Part shown: positions 37,437 to 47,516 of the stretch, piece by piece | Layout: each line of letters starts with the position of its first letter | Numbering within the stretch: position 1 is the first letter of the stretch | Assembly: GCA_964512695.1 (NCBI GenBank) | Contig: CAZEJU010000005.1 | Location: 5,668 to 69,667 of the forward strand | Direction: 5' to 3' | Source: an uncultured Gammaproteobacteria bacterium | GTDB taxonomy: Bacteria > Patescibacteriota > Microgenomatia > Levybacterales > UBA12049 | DNA length: 64,000 nt | Made by a program: the position numbers and the translations under genes | Notes under the pieces: generated by a model | Database searches by the model: none | The model's input: the letters and a program-made list of their open reading frames with translations, nothing else | What the model was told of the DNA's origin: nothing

Positions 37437-37967
37437 TTACTTTGTTACATGATTTTCTGATACTTCATCGAGTGTTTCCATACCAATAAAAAATTCTACT
37501 TCTCCTTTAACATCAAGTATGGGAGAAATCCTGAGTAGAACAGGATAAAGCCGTCCATTTTTGTGTTTGTTGGTTACTTTTACCATGATAGCTTTCTTTT
37601 GCACTGCAATTTGATCCCACATCTCTTGATAGAATTCTCTTGTCATTTGGTTACCCCACAAGGCTGGAGTCTTCCCGAGTATCTCATGTGAAGAGTAACC
37701 GGTCGCAGCAACTACCTGTTCGTTTACATATAAAATAACACCATTTTTATCAGTTATAATAACTTGTCGTTCAATATCTTTTGAAATTGAGTTTATAAGT
37801 CCACAGCGCTCGCATTTTATATCAAATAACTGGAGCATGATCTGTTCTATGACAAGCAATTTGTTACATTTTGTACATCTATGTTTCTTCAGTAACTGTG
37901 TCTTAGCAACTTCAAGAGGAAATGAAACTGGTAAAAGACCTTGAGTACTACCTCGGTTATTGTTCAT
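37437..37967 (-). CDS. Zinc-ribbon (CxxC-x17-CxxC) + PAS domain protein
   Basis: CTKCNKLLV...CERCG followed by a PAS fold (ITDKNGVILYVNEQVVAATGYSSHEILGK...). 176 aa, immediately upstream of and co-directional with the sensor kinase. Confidence 0.55.
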   Translation of the reverse strand: MNNNRGSTQGLLPVSFPLEVAKTQLLKKHRCTKCNKLLVIEQIMLQLFDIKCERCGLINSISKDIERQVIITDKNGVILYVNEQVVAATGYSSHEILGKTPALWGNQMTREFYQEMWDQIAVQKKAIMVKVTNKHKNGRLYPVLLRISPILDVKGEVEFFIGMETLDEVSENHVTK

Positions 37968-38145
37968 ATTGTACTTAAAGGTATTCTACCAAAAAACTCG
38001 TAGGTATTGCAGCGTTTGCCTTAGAGTTACTGAATCCATCTCTTCTATATTTTTGAGCTTTGCCTATATACCTTCTTTTCACGATAGTTGATCAATTAGT
38101 AACAAGTATTATTCAATTCCCAAAAAAAGAGTTTAAATTATTATA

Positions 38146-40896
38146 TCAACCCAGATCACTATTGAGATGACATTTTTTATATTTCTTCCCTGACCCACAC
38201 CAGCAGGGATCATTCCTGCCTGGTTTTTTAGGTTTAGAGCTAGATACGTTTGCAGCATTACCTCCTGCAGTACCTGAATGTGCGAGATTAGTTCTATTTT
38301 GCGTACCTGGTTTTTTCTGAGAATCTCCACTAACTTCACTCACGGGAGTATTCGTATGTATGTGCTGATGAAACTCCGGCGAAACCTGGACTTGTACTTT
38401 AAATATTCTGTGAACAATCTCGTCATCGACAGAGAACATTAATTGCTCAAACATACGAAAAGCTTCATTTTTATATTCTACCAATGGATCTTTCTGAGCA
38501 TAACCGCGTAATCCTATTCCTTGCCTCAAATCATCAATTGCATCGAGATGATCCATCCATAAACGATCAATTGATGCTAAAAATACATATCTTTCAATCT
38601 GTTTTGTTGTTTCTTTCCCTACTTGTTTCTCTTTCTTATCGTAAAGATCTTTTGCTAAATTTTGTAAAAATTCAATCTTCTCTTCTGGCATATGTACTTG
38701 CTGTAACTGTTTCATAAGTTGTTTTTGCGAAGATTCATCAAATGGTATAATGCTTTGAAAACTACTTACTATTCCTTCGTTTCCTGAGTCCACACTATCA
38801 GCTGACTCTGATGAGGCAAGAGAAATATGCACAATTGTTTCAATAGCTTTATCCACTCTCTGTAATATTTCTTTTTTCGCAAACTCGTCATCTGAATCAG
38901 TTTTTAATAAAATATCTCGTCGTAATGCATAAATAACTTCACGTTGTTTATTTAATACATCATCATATTCCACCAAATGCTTTCTAATATCGAAATTAAA
39001 TCCTTCTACTTTAACTTGTGCATGCTCTATGGAGCGTGAAACAAGTGGATGCTCGAGAGGAACATCCTCAGGCATATTAAATCTCGTCATTAATCCTGAA
39101 ATTCTATCTCCTCCGAAAAGCCGCATTATATCGTCATCTAATGATACATAAAAACGCGATTTTCCCGGGTCTCCCTGTCTTCCAGATCGTCCACGAAGTT
39201 GGTTATCAATACGTCGAGATTCATGTCGCTCCGTACCAATAACATATAATCCGCCTAACTCTAAGACTTCTTTATGCCCCTTTTCCCACTGTTTCCACTC
39301 TGTCGTTCCAAGCATGGGACGACCATCAGTATGTTTGGGACTCTCTCCACCAAGAATAATATCAACTCCCCGACCTGCCATGTTTGTTGCTACAGTCACT
39401 GCGCCTTTTTTCCCAGCTTGGGCAATAATTTGTGCTTCCCGAGCATGGTTTTTAGCGTTAAGTACTTCATGCTTTATACCTCTACGGCGCAATAGCTGTG
39501 ATAAGATTTCATTTTTTTCTATAGACGTTGTACCCACGAGAACTGGTTGACCTTCAGCATGCGCTTTTTCAATGTCATCAACAACAGCAGTTAATTTCGC
39601 ACGGGTGGTTTTATAGACAGCATCTGACTGATCCAAACGAGCCAAAGGATTATTTGTAGGAATAACAACAACGTCCAATTTATAGATCTTCTGGAATTCT
39701 TCAGCTTCTGTCACTGCTGTACCAGTCATACCAGCAAGTTTTTCATACATACGGAAATAATTCTGCAGTGATACTGTAGCAAGAGTTTTAGACTCTCTCT
39801 GAATAGGGACATTTTCTTTTGCTTCAATTGCTTGATGAATACCTTCTGATAATCTTCGTCCTTCCATAAGTCGTCCAGTAAATTCATCCACAAGGATAAC
39901 TTGATTATCACGTACAATGTATTCTTTCTCTTTATGAAACAATGTCCGGGCTTTTAAGGCTGCTTCTAAATGATAAACTGTATCAAAATCTTTTTCATAG
40001 ATATCCGCTATTCCGTACATTTTTTCAATTTTTGCGATACCATGATCTGTTAAATGCGCAGTTCGAAGTTTTTCATCAATTTTATAGTCGATTTCTGGAG
40101 TCAAACGCTGTACTACTTTTGCATATTCATAATATTTTTCGGATGGTGCTTCATCTGGAGCAGAAATAATATGCGGTGTTCTCGCTTCATCTATTAATAC
40201 CGAATCCACTTCATCAACAACTGCATAATAGTAATCTCGCTGAACTATATCTTTACTATCTTGTGCCATATTATCGCGGAGATAGTCAAAACCAAATTCA
40301 GAATTAATGCCATACGTTATATCTGTTTGATATGCTTCTTTGCGTGTGATAGGCCGGAGATGTGATAATCGATAGTCAATAGCGTTTTCATCCGTGTACT
40401 CTGGATCAAAAAGAAAAGAAGCATCATTTATAATTGAGGACACAGATATACCCAGAAGGTGAAATACTTGTCCCATCCAGCCCGCATCACGACGGGCAAG
40501 ATAATCGTTTACAGTCACTAGATGGACATTCTTACCTGTAAGACTATGAAGGTATAATGCAAAAATCGCTGTGAGTGTTTTTCCTTCTCCTGTTTTCTGT
40601 TCTGCAATCTTTCCACGTGATAAGGCAATTGCAGCCATTAGCTGTACATCATATGCGTGTATACTTAGTTTCCTTTTTGTGGCTTCACGTACGAGTGCAA
40701 AAGCCTCTGGTAGTAAACTATCAAGGGATTCCCCAGAAGTAAACCGTTCTTTAAATTCCGCAGTTTTTTTGGGAAAATCTTTCTCCTTAAGAGATGAAAG
40801 TGTATCTTCTAACGCATTAATTTGGTCAACAATAGAGCGAAGTCTTTTTACTTCTTTTTCATTCGAGTCAAATAGACTACTCAGGAATCGTACCAT
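38146..40896 (-). CDS. secA: Preprotein translocase ATPase SecA
   Basis: DEAD-like motor motifs, 916 aa, and a C-terminal zinc-binding tail CWCGSGKKYKKCH. Confidence 0.95.
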   Translation of the reverse strand: MVRFLSSLFDSNEKEVKRLRSIVDQINALEDTLSSLKEKDFPKKTAEFKERFTSGESLDSLLPEAFALVREATKRKLSIHAYDVQLMAAIALSRGKIAEQKTGEGKTLTAIFALYLHSLTGKNVHLVTVNDYLARRDAGWMGQVFHLLGISVSSIINDASFLFDPEYTDENAIDYRLSHLRPITRKEAYQTDITYGINSEFGFDYLRDNMAQDSKDIVQRDYYYAVVDEVDSVLIDEARTPHIISAPDEAPSEKYYEYAKVVQRLTPEIDYKIDEKLRTAHLTDHGIAKIEKMYGIADIYEKDFDTVYHLEAALKARTLFHKEKEYIVRDNQVILVDEFTGRLMEGRRLSEGIHQAIEAKENVPIQRESKTLATVSLQNYFRMYEKLAGMTGTAVTEAEEFQKIYKLDVVVIPTNNPLARLDQSDAVYKTTRAKLTAVVDDIEKAHAEGQPVLVGTTSIEKNEILSQLLRRRGIKHEVLNAKNHAREAQIIAQAGKKGAVTVATNMAGRGVDIILGGESPKHTDGRPMLGTTEWKQWEKGHKEVLELGGLYVIGTERHESRRIDNQLRGRSGRQGDPGKSRFYVSLDDDIMRLFGGDRISGLMTRFNMPEDVPLEHPLVSRSIEHAQVKVEGFNFDIRKHLVEYDDVLNKQREVIYALRRDILLKTDSDDEFAKKEILQRVDKAIETIVHISLASSESADSVDSGNEGIVSSFQSIIPFDESSQKQLMKQLQQVHMPEEKIEFLQNLAKDLYDKKEKQVGKETTKQIERYVFLASIDRLWMDHLDAIDDLRQGIGLRGYAQKDPLVEYKNEAFRMFEQLMFSVDDEIVHRIFKVQVQVSPEFHQHIHTNTPVSEVSGDSQKKPGTQNRTNLAHSGTAGGNAANVSSSKPKKPGRNDPCWCGSGKKYKKCHLNSDLG

Positions 40897-41039
40897 AGCA
40901 CTTCATTTTAACATAGTGTAGGCTCAAATAAAAGTTAACCAAGTTTATTCGTATAAACTCATATCGAAATCATATATTAGAAAAAACAGTAAATGGTTAA
41001 TCGCTGGGAATCATATTTCCTAAAAAAATCCCCTACCGA

Positions 41040-41075
41040 AAAGGGCAGGGGATTTACCAATCGATCAATTGGTAT
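41040..41075 (-). terminator. Rho-independent terminator (minus strand): 8-bp GC-rich stem (AAAUCCCC/GGGGAUUU) with an internal loop, followed by a U7 run
   Basis: Minus-strand RNA reads 5'-AAAUCCCCUGCCCUUUUCGGUAGGGGAUUUUUUUA-3'. It sits about 25 nt downstream of the micro-ORF stop. Confidence 0.55.
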
Positions 41076-41098
41076 TGATCAAAAAACGTAAAGAAAAG

Positions 41099-41158
41099 TT
41101 ACTTTCTTTTCTTTGTTGCTTTTTTCTTTACGACTTTCTTTGTTTTCTTTGCTGCCAT
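41099..41158 (-). CDS. 19-aa Lys-rich micro-ORF (MAAKKTKKVVKKKATKKRK) with a strong SD (GAAGGGGGG 8 nt upstream); speculative
   Basis: Hand translation. It is preceded by a GC-rich hairpin-forming leader and followed by a palindrome and the terminator above. It is below the ORF-track size threshold. Confidence 0.2.
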   Translation of the reverse strand: MAAKKTKKVVKKKATKKRK

Positions 41159-41512
41159 GGTATAATCACCCCCCTTCGCCCTCCATTATTTTAGCGATGG
41201 AGGGTTTCCGCACCTTTGTTATTTATTAATCCGTTTCCTAATGTAGTATCAGGCTTCGGCGGGGCAGGCCCCCTTCCCGTATATCTTTCCCAAACTGAAA
41301 GAGCAGGTTATATTTATAGTTCACTATTTCGAGGCTGTTTGTCAAGAAAAAACGCAGCTTCAAAACTGATCATTTAGGTTGATAAACCAATAAAAATTAA
41401 TGAAGCTAAATATTTTTTTTTAAAAAATAAAACGAAGCTAAATGAGAGGAATTTTAAATTTACAATATTAAAAAATTGATTATAAATTTCAAATTATAAA
41501 GTAAAAATTATC

Positions 41513-42775
41513 TCAGTATGACTTTATAACATCTTTACCTATATATTTTCTTAAGACCTCAGGAACAACTACTGTTCCGTCTTCTTGCTGATAGTTTTCC
41601 ACTATAGCAATAAGTGTCCTACCTATAGCGAAAGCTGTTCCATTGAGAACATACGCAAACTCTGTACTATTTCCATCACGATAACGAATTTTCAATCTTC
41701 TCGACTGGAAATCTGTCACTGTCGATACCGATGTTACTTCGCGGTATTTATTCTGAGCTGGCATCCATGCTTCTATATCATACTTACGAGCTGCTGGAAA
41801 TCCAAGATCCCCTGTACACATTTTTACCACTTGATAAGGAATATCTAATGATTGAAAAAATCTCTCTTCAAGCGACAAAAGATATTCATGCTCTTCATCA
41901 TCTTTACCTTTTTCTACATACGAAACCATCTCCACTTTATGAAATTGATGAACTCTTAGAATTCCTCTCGTATCTTTTCCATAAGAACCAGCTTCCCGGC
42001 GAAATGCGCTTCCAAAACCAACATATCTTTTTGGTAAATCTTTCTTATCCAAAATTTCTTCACGATGCATGGGAACTAATGCATGCTCTGCCGTACCCAC
42101 AAGTACAAGATCATCAGATGGAATCATAAACATATCTTCATCTCCTCCATTTTCCATATAACCAAGTCCTTGCATTGTTTCTTTTTTAATGAGATCTGGA
42201 GTCATTACGGGTGTGAATCCTTCCTTAGTTAAGGTTTCCATAGCGAACTGTACAAGCGCCAACTCCAGTAAAACAGCATCTCCTTTAAGATACGCAAATC
42301 GCGCACCAGAAACCTTAGATGCCCGCTCAATATCTATAATTCCCAATTTTTCACCCAATTCTAGATGGTCTTTTGGAGTAAATGAAAACTTTGTTGGCTC
42401 TTTGTAAGTACGAATAACTTCATTTTCTTTATCATCTTTTCCTATTTTTACATCAGATTTTGCCGGGTTTGGTATGGATATAAGTAATGGATGAAGTTCT
42501 TCATGTGAAGTTTTCAATAGTTCTTCTTTCTCATCAAGTTTTTGTTTTAAAACCTTTCCCTCTTGAATTATTTTTTGTCTTTCACCATTTGCTGCCTGCG
42601 AAACTTCTTTTGCGAATTTATTTCTTTCTTCACGCAGTTTTTGGACTTCTAAAAGGAGTGTCTTATGTGTCTCAACCTTTTCGAGAATAGCATCAATATC
42701 CACGCTGATTCCTTTATGCGAAGCAGCATCTTTAATCTTTTGTGGGCTCTCGAGGATAACATTTATATCTAACAT
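41513..42775 (-). CDS. serS: Seryl-tRNA synthetase
   Basis: N-terminal coiled-coil arm and class II core motifs (e.g. FRREAGS, GTAFAIGRTLIAIVENYQ). 420 aa. Confidence 0.9.
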   Translation of the reverse strand: MLDINVILESPQKIKDAASHKGISVDIDAILEKVETHKTLLLEVQKLREERNKFAKEVSQAANGERQKIIQEGKVLKQKLDEKEELLKTSHEELHPLLISIPNPAKSDVKIGKDDKENEVIRTYKEPTKFSFTPKDHLELGEKLGIIDIERASKVSGARFAYLKGDAVLLELALVQFAMETLTKEGFTPVMTPDLIKKETMQGLGYMENGGDEDMFMIPSDDLVLVGTAEHALVPMHREEILDKKDLPKRYVGFGSAFRREAGSYGKDTRGILRVHQFHKVEMVSYVEKGKDDEEHEYLLSLEERFFQSLDIPYQVVKMCTGDLGFPAARKYDIEAWMPAQNKYREVTSVSTVTDFQSRRLKIRYRDGNSTEFAYVLNGTAFAIGRTLIAIVENYQQEDGTVVVPEVLRKYIGKDVIKSY

Positions 42776-42786
42776 ATAAATACCTT

Positions 42787-43113
42787 CTATTTCTTAGAGG
42801 ATGTCTTCTTTTCCGCTTTTTTAACACCTGGCTTTTTCGAAGCTGTTTTTGTAGGAGTTTTTGACTTCACTGTAGGAGTAACATCTACAGACTTTGCTAA
42901 AGAAGCTTTCAGACGTGCAGCTTTATTTTTATGAATAATATGCTTTTTTGCAGCTTTATCAATACTTGAATAAGCTTCGCTAAGCATTTCCTTTGTGGGA
43001 TTGGCTTTCGCTTTTTTTACCAGCTTTTTAAAAGTCTCTTTTATTTTGAGATTATCTGCTGTTCGTTTTTTATCTTGTCGTAACTTTTTCTTTGCGTGTT
43101 TTAGTACTGGCAT
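42787..43113 (-). CDS. rpsT: 30S ribosomal protein S20 with a Lys/Ala/Thr-rich C-terminal extension
   Basis: MPVLKHAKKKLRQ...IIHKNKAARLKASLAK matches the S20 signature (IHKNKAAR.KA.L). There is an extra tail TPTVKSKTPTKTASKKPGVKKAEKKTSSKK of about 30 aa. Confidence 0.8.
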   Translation of the reverse strand: MPVLKHAKKKLRQDKKRTADNLKIKETFKKLVKKAKANPTKEMLSEAYSSIDKAAKKHIIHKNKAARLKASLAKSVDVTPTVKSKTPTKTASKKPGVKKAEKKTSSKK

Positions 43114-43269
43114 TCCGCTATTTTAGCATGCTATACTTAAAAACACAACAATCCGCCCTTTGGGCGAATGTACAATTTGTCATTTTCTATTGTCCATTTT
43201 TAGCAATAAATTTCCTCGTCTATCAATGCAAATGGAAAATGGCATCTGGAAAATGGAAAATATAGATAT

Positions 43270-45009
43270 ATGGCCCAAAACCTTCTACAAAAAAGTCTTA
43301 ACCTTCTCCTAAAACGACAAACGAACATTCTTTCCGCAGCTTTTATTATCATGTTAACAGTTATACTCTCTCAGATATTAGGGCTTGTGCGCCAACGTTT
43401 GTTAGTATCGATCTTCGGCGCATCAAGTACTCTAGGTATTTATAACTTCGCGACATTACTACCAGATACTATTTTCCAGCTAACAATTGCTGCTGCATTA
43501 TCTAGTGCATTTATTCCAGTTTTCTCTGATTTTCTTCATAAAGGAAAAAAAGAAGAAGCACATACTTTCACATCTACCCTTTTAGTACTTGGCCTAACTA
43601 CATTTTTTCTTTTATCAATACTTCTTTCACTCTTTGCTCCCTTTCTTTTACAACTTTTTAATGGGAGGGGACAGTTTACTACTCATGAAATGGACCTCAT
43701 GGCAAACTTGATGCGCATTGTTGTCTTCGGTCAGTTGTTATTTATTATAGGTACATTTCTTACTGCCATTCTACAATCGTATAATCATTTTTTTATACCG
43801 GGAATTGCAGCCGCCTTATATAATTTAGGCATTATTATCGGAGTTTTTTTTCTATCTGGATCGATCGGTATATATTCTGCCCCAGTAGGCATTATAATCG
43901 GCTCTACAATTTTTATTCTTGTTCAGTTACCGCTTGTATATAAAATTGGGTTTCATTTCAGACCAAAATTGCATTATCTTCGTTCAGAAGGTGTTAAACG
44001 AATAATTCATCTTATGTTACCCCGTACTATATCTATTATTGTCTTCCAGATAGGAACATTAGCTATAGCCTCACTTATTTCATTTCTTATAGATCCCGGC
44101 CGAATGCTGGTTATTTACGATTTCGCGAAAACGCTTGCTTTTGCTCCAGTAGTGCTTTTTGGCCAATCAATTGCCCAAGCAGCATTTCCAGTACTATCTC
44201 GAGAAAAAGATAACCTCCGGGTTTTTAAACAAACCTTTCTAAGCAGCTTTAACCAAATGTTATATCTCATTCTTCCTATTTCGGCATTAATTCTTGTATT
44301 AAGGATACCTATAGTTCGCCTTGTTTTTGGAGCTGATATGTTCGACTGGGATGCTACTGTTTTAACAGGACGGACCTTAGCGTTCTTCGCGCTATCCATC
44401 TTCGCATCTGCTCTGATATCACTCATTTATCGTGCTTTTTATGCTCTTCATGACACATTTTTACCATTTATAGTAGGTTTAATCTCTACACTTCTCATGA
44501 TCTTTCTTTCAGGACTTTTTGTGCTTATTTATAATAGTGGTTTGCAAAAACTTGTTTATCCATACTCCCTTTTCAACAGAATGATAGAAGGCGAATTAGT
44601 CGTAAGCTTCGGGGTAGAAGGATTAGCGTTTTCCTATACGATATCTACAATCGTGAGTCTTATGTTCCTGCTTATATTATTACGGCAACGTATTGGAGGT
44701 TTTCAGGATGCTGAATTTTTTACGCCACTTTTTAAAATCTTTTTCTCATCAATACTTACTACAATAGCTCTATACATCCCTTTAAAACTACTCGACCAGC
44801 TTGTCTTTGATACATCGCGAACAGTAGGTCTTCTCATTCTCACAGGGATTTCAAGTGCTATCGGACTTATGCTCTATCTTTTCCTTACATGGTTACTTGA
44901 TGTAAAAGAAGCAAAAACTTATCTATTAATGTTCAAAAAGGTTGGTAACTGGAAAGAAATCCTCGGTATATCTGAGGAAGTTATAGACGCCAACCGCGTC
45001 AACCCTTGA
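43270..45009 (+). CDS. murJ: Lipid II flippase MurJ (MviN)
   Basis: The N-terminal pattern LSAAFIIMLTVILSQILGLVRQRLLVSIFGASSTLGIYNFATLLPDTIFQL is typical of MurJ. About 14 TM helices, 579 aa. Confidence 0.8.
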   Translation: MAQNLLQKSLNLLLKRQTNILSAAFIIMLTVILSQILGLVRQRLLVSIFGASSTLGIYNFATLLPDTIFQLTIAAALSSAFIPVFSDFLHKGKKEEAHTFTSTLLVLGLTTFFLLSILLSLFAPFLLQLFNGRGQFTTHEMDLMANLMRIVVFGQLLFIIGTFLTAILQSYNHFFIPGIAAALYNLGIIIGVFFLSGSIGIYSAPVGIIIGSTIFILVQLPLVYKIGFHFRPKLHYLRSEGVKRIIHLMLPRTISIIVFQIGTLAIASLISFLIDPGRMLVIYDFAKTLAFAPVVLFGQSIAQAAFPVLSREKDNLRVFKQTFLSSFNQMLYLILPISALILVLRIPIVRLVFGADMFDWDATVLTGRTLAFFALSIFASALISLIYRAFYALHDTFLPFIVGLISTLLMIFLSGLFVLIYNSGLQKLVYPYSLFNRMIEGELVVSFGVEGLAFSYTISTIVSLMFLLILLRQRIGGFQDAEFFTPLFKIFFSSILTTIALYIPLKLLDQLVFDTSRTVGLLILTGISSAIGLMLYLFLTWLLDVKEAKTYLLMFKKVGNWKEILGISEEVIDANRVNP

Positions 45010-45123
45010 AACTTCTACAAATAAAGTAAAAAACGATACCTTTTCTTATTCTTTTAAGGCTAATCTAATAGGTGTTTCTACTATTTAGTCAATGACTAAA
45101 TTAAATAAACATACCATTCTAAG

Positions 45124-45150
45124 CAAACAAAAAATCCGCTTGCGCGGATT
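45124..45150 (-). terminator. Rho-independent terminator for groEL (7-bp stem AAUCCGC/GCGGAUU, loop UUGC on the + strand, U-run on the minus-strand transcript)
   Basis: Minus-strand RNA reads GGAAUCCGCGCAAGCGGAUUUUUUGUU. It lies about 40 nt after the groEL stop and is also convergent with the murJ end. Confidence 0.55.
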
Positions 45151-45188
45151 CCTTATAAAACTTTTCACTTTCAATTTTTAACAATTAA

Positions 45189-46862
<1,674 letters not shown>

Positions 46863-46877
46863 TTAAGTTAAAAATGA

Positions 46878-46946
46878 AAAGTCAAAAGTGTAAAGTAATT
46901 AGCAAAAAATAATTATAAATTCCTAAACTTTTAATTTTTGACTTTT
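46878..46946. repeat. 11-bp perfect inverted repeat (AAAAGTCAAAA ... TTTTGACTTTT) separated by 47 nt in the groES-groEL intergenic region
   Basis: Seen directly at 46878-46888 and 46936-46946. It is not a CIRCE element. Confidence 0.4.
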
Positions 46947-46962
46947 AAATTTTAATTTTGAA

Positions 46963-47262
46963 CTATTCAACTATTGCTAATAAATCAGACTGCTTAACAA
47001 GCTTCCATTCCTGATTTTCGACCTTTACTTCATTTCCACCCCACTTGGTATACATAACTTTCATACCAACTTTAACCACCATAGGAATTTTATTCCCTTT
47101 TTCATCGATTCCACCATCCCCAACTGCCATAACTTCCCCTATTTGTGGTTTTTCTTTTGCTGTTTCTGGAAGATAGATACCACTTTTCGTTTTTTCCTCT
47201 GCCTGAAGAGGTTTTACTAGTATATTGTCAAAGAGTGGTTTTATATTAAGTTTCGTTGCCAT
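46963..47262 (-). CDS. groS: Co-chaperonin GroES (10 kDa)
   Basis: MATKLNIKPLFDNILVKP...SGIYLPETAKEKPQIGEV..., 99 aa, upstream of groEL. Confidence 0.9.
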   Translation of the reverse strand: MATKLNIKPLFDNILVKPLQAEEKTKSGIYLPETAKEKPQIGEVMAVGDGGIDEKGNKIPMVVKVGMKVMYTKWGGNEVKVENQEWKLVKQSDLLAIVE

Positions 47263-47516
47263 AACAATAAATTCTAAAAACTATAATCACTTGGATTAAC
47301 TTACTGCTAATTTATACACTATGTTGTGAAATCTTGTCAATAACCTATAGTTTATTAAATTGGTTTCAATAAAATATTGTAAAATAAGTAAAACTTATAA
47401 AAATAATATTTTTAAAAGAAGTATTTGATACTTTTGATATGCTTTTGATACCTTTTACATTTCTTTCACTTGACATTAACATAACTTCTTCTATACGATA
47501 ATCTTAAGCCGGAATC

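Noticed and set aside
38133-38339. 68-aa minus-strand ORF
   Set aside because: It overlaps the 3' end of secA in another frame, including the conserved C-terminal zinc-finger coding region.
41157-41166. Extended -10-like TGGTATAAT on the + strand
   Set aside because: It overlaps the start codon region of the minus-strand micro-ORF and would drive antisense transcription into serS. It is likely chance in AT-rich DNA.
41150-41340. GC-rich segment tested by eye as RNase P RNA, tmRNA, SRP RNA or tRNA
   Set aside because: No P4 box (AGGAAAGTCCGG), no tmRNA T-arm/tag-reading-frame pattern, no SRP domain IV consensus and no tRNA T-loop (GGTTCGAATCC-like) were found. It is kept only as an unclassified structured element in the findings.
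47263-47516. Search for a CIRCE/HrcA operator upstream of groES, and a TTGACA-N16/18-TATACG/TACGAT promoter-like element near 47478-47510 for the + strand PKD gene
   Set aside because: No CIRCE inverted repeat is present. The promoter-like hexamers are plausible but indistinguishable from background in ~30% GC DNA, so they are not called as a feature.
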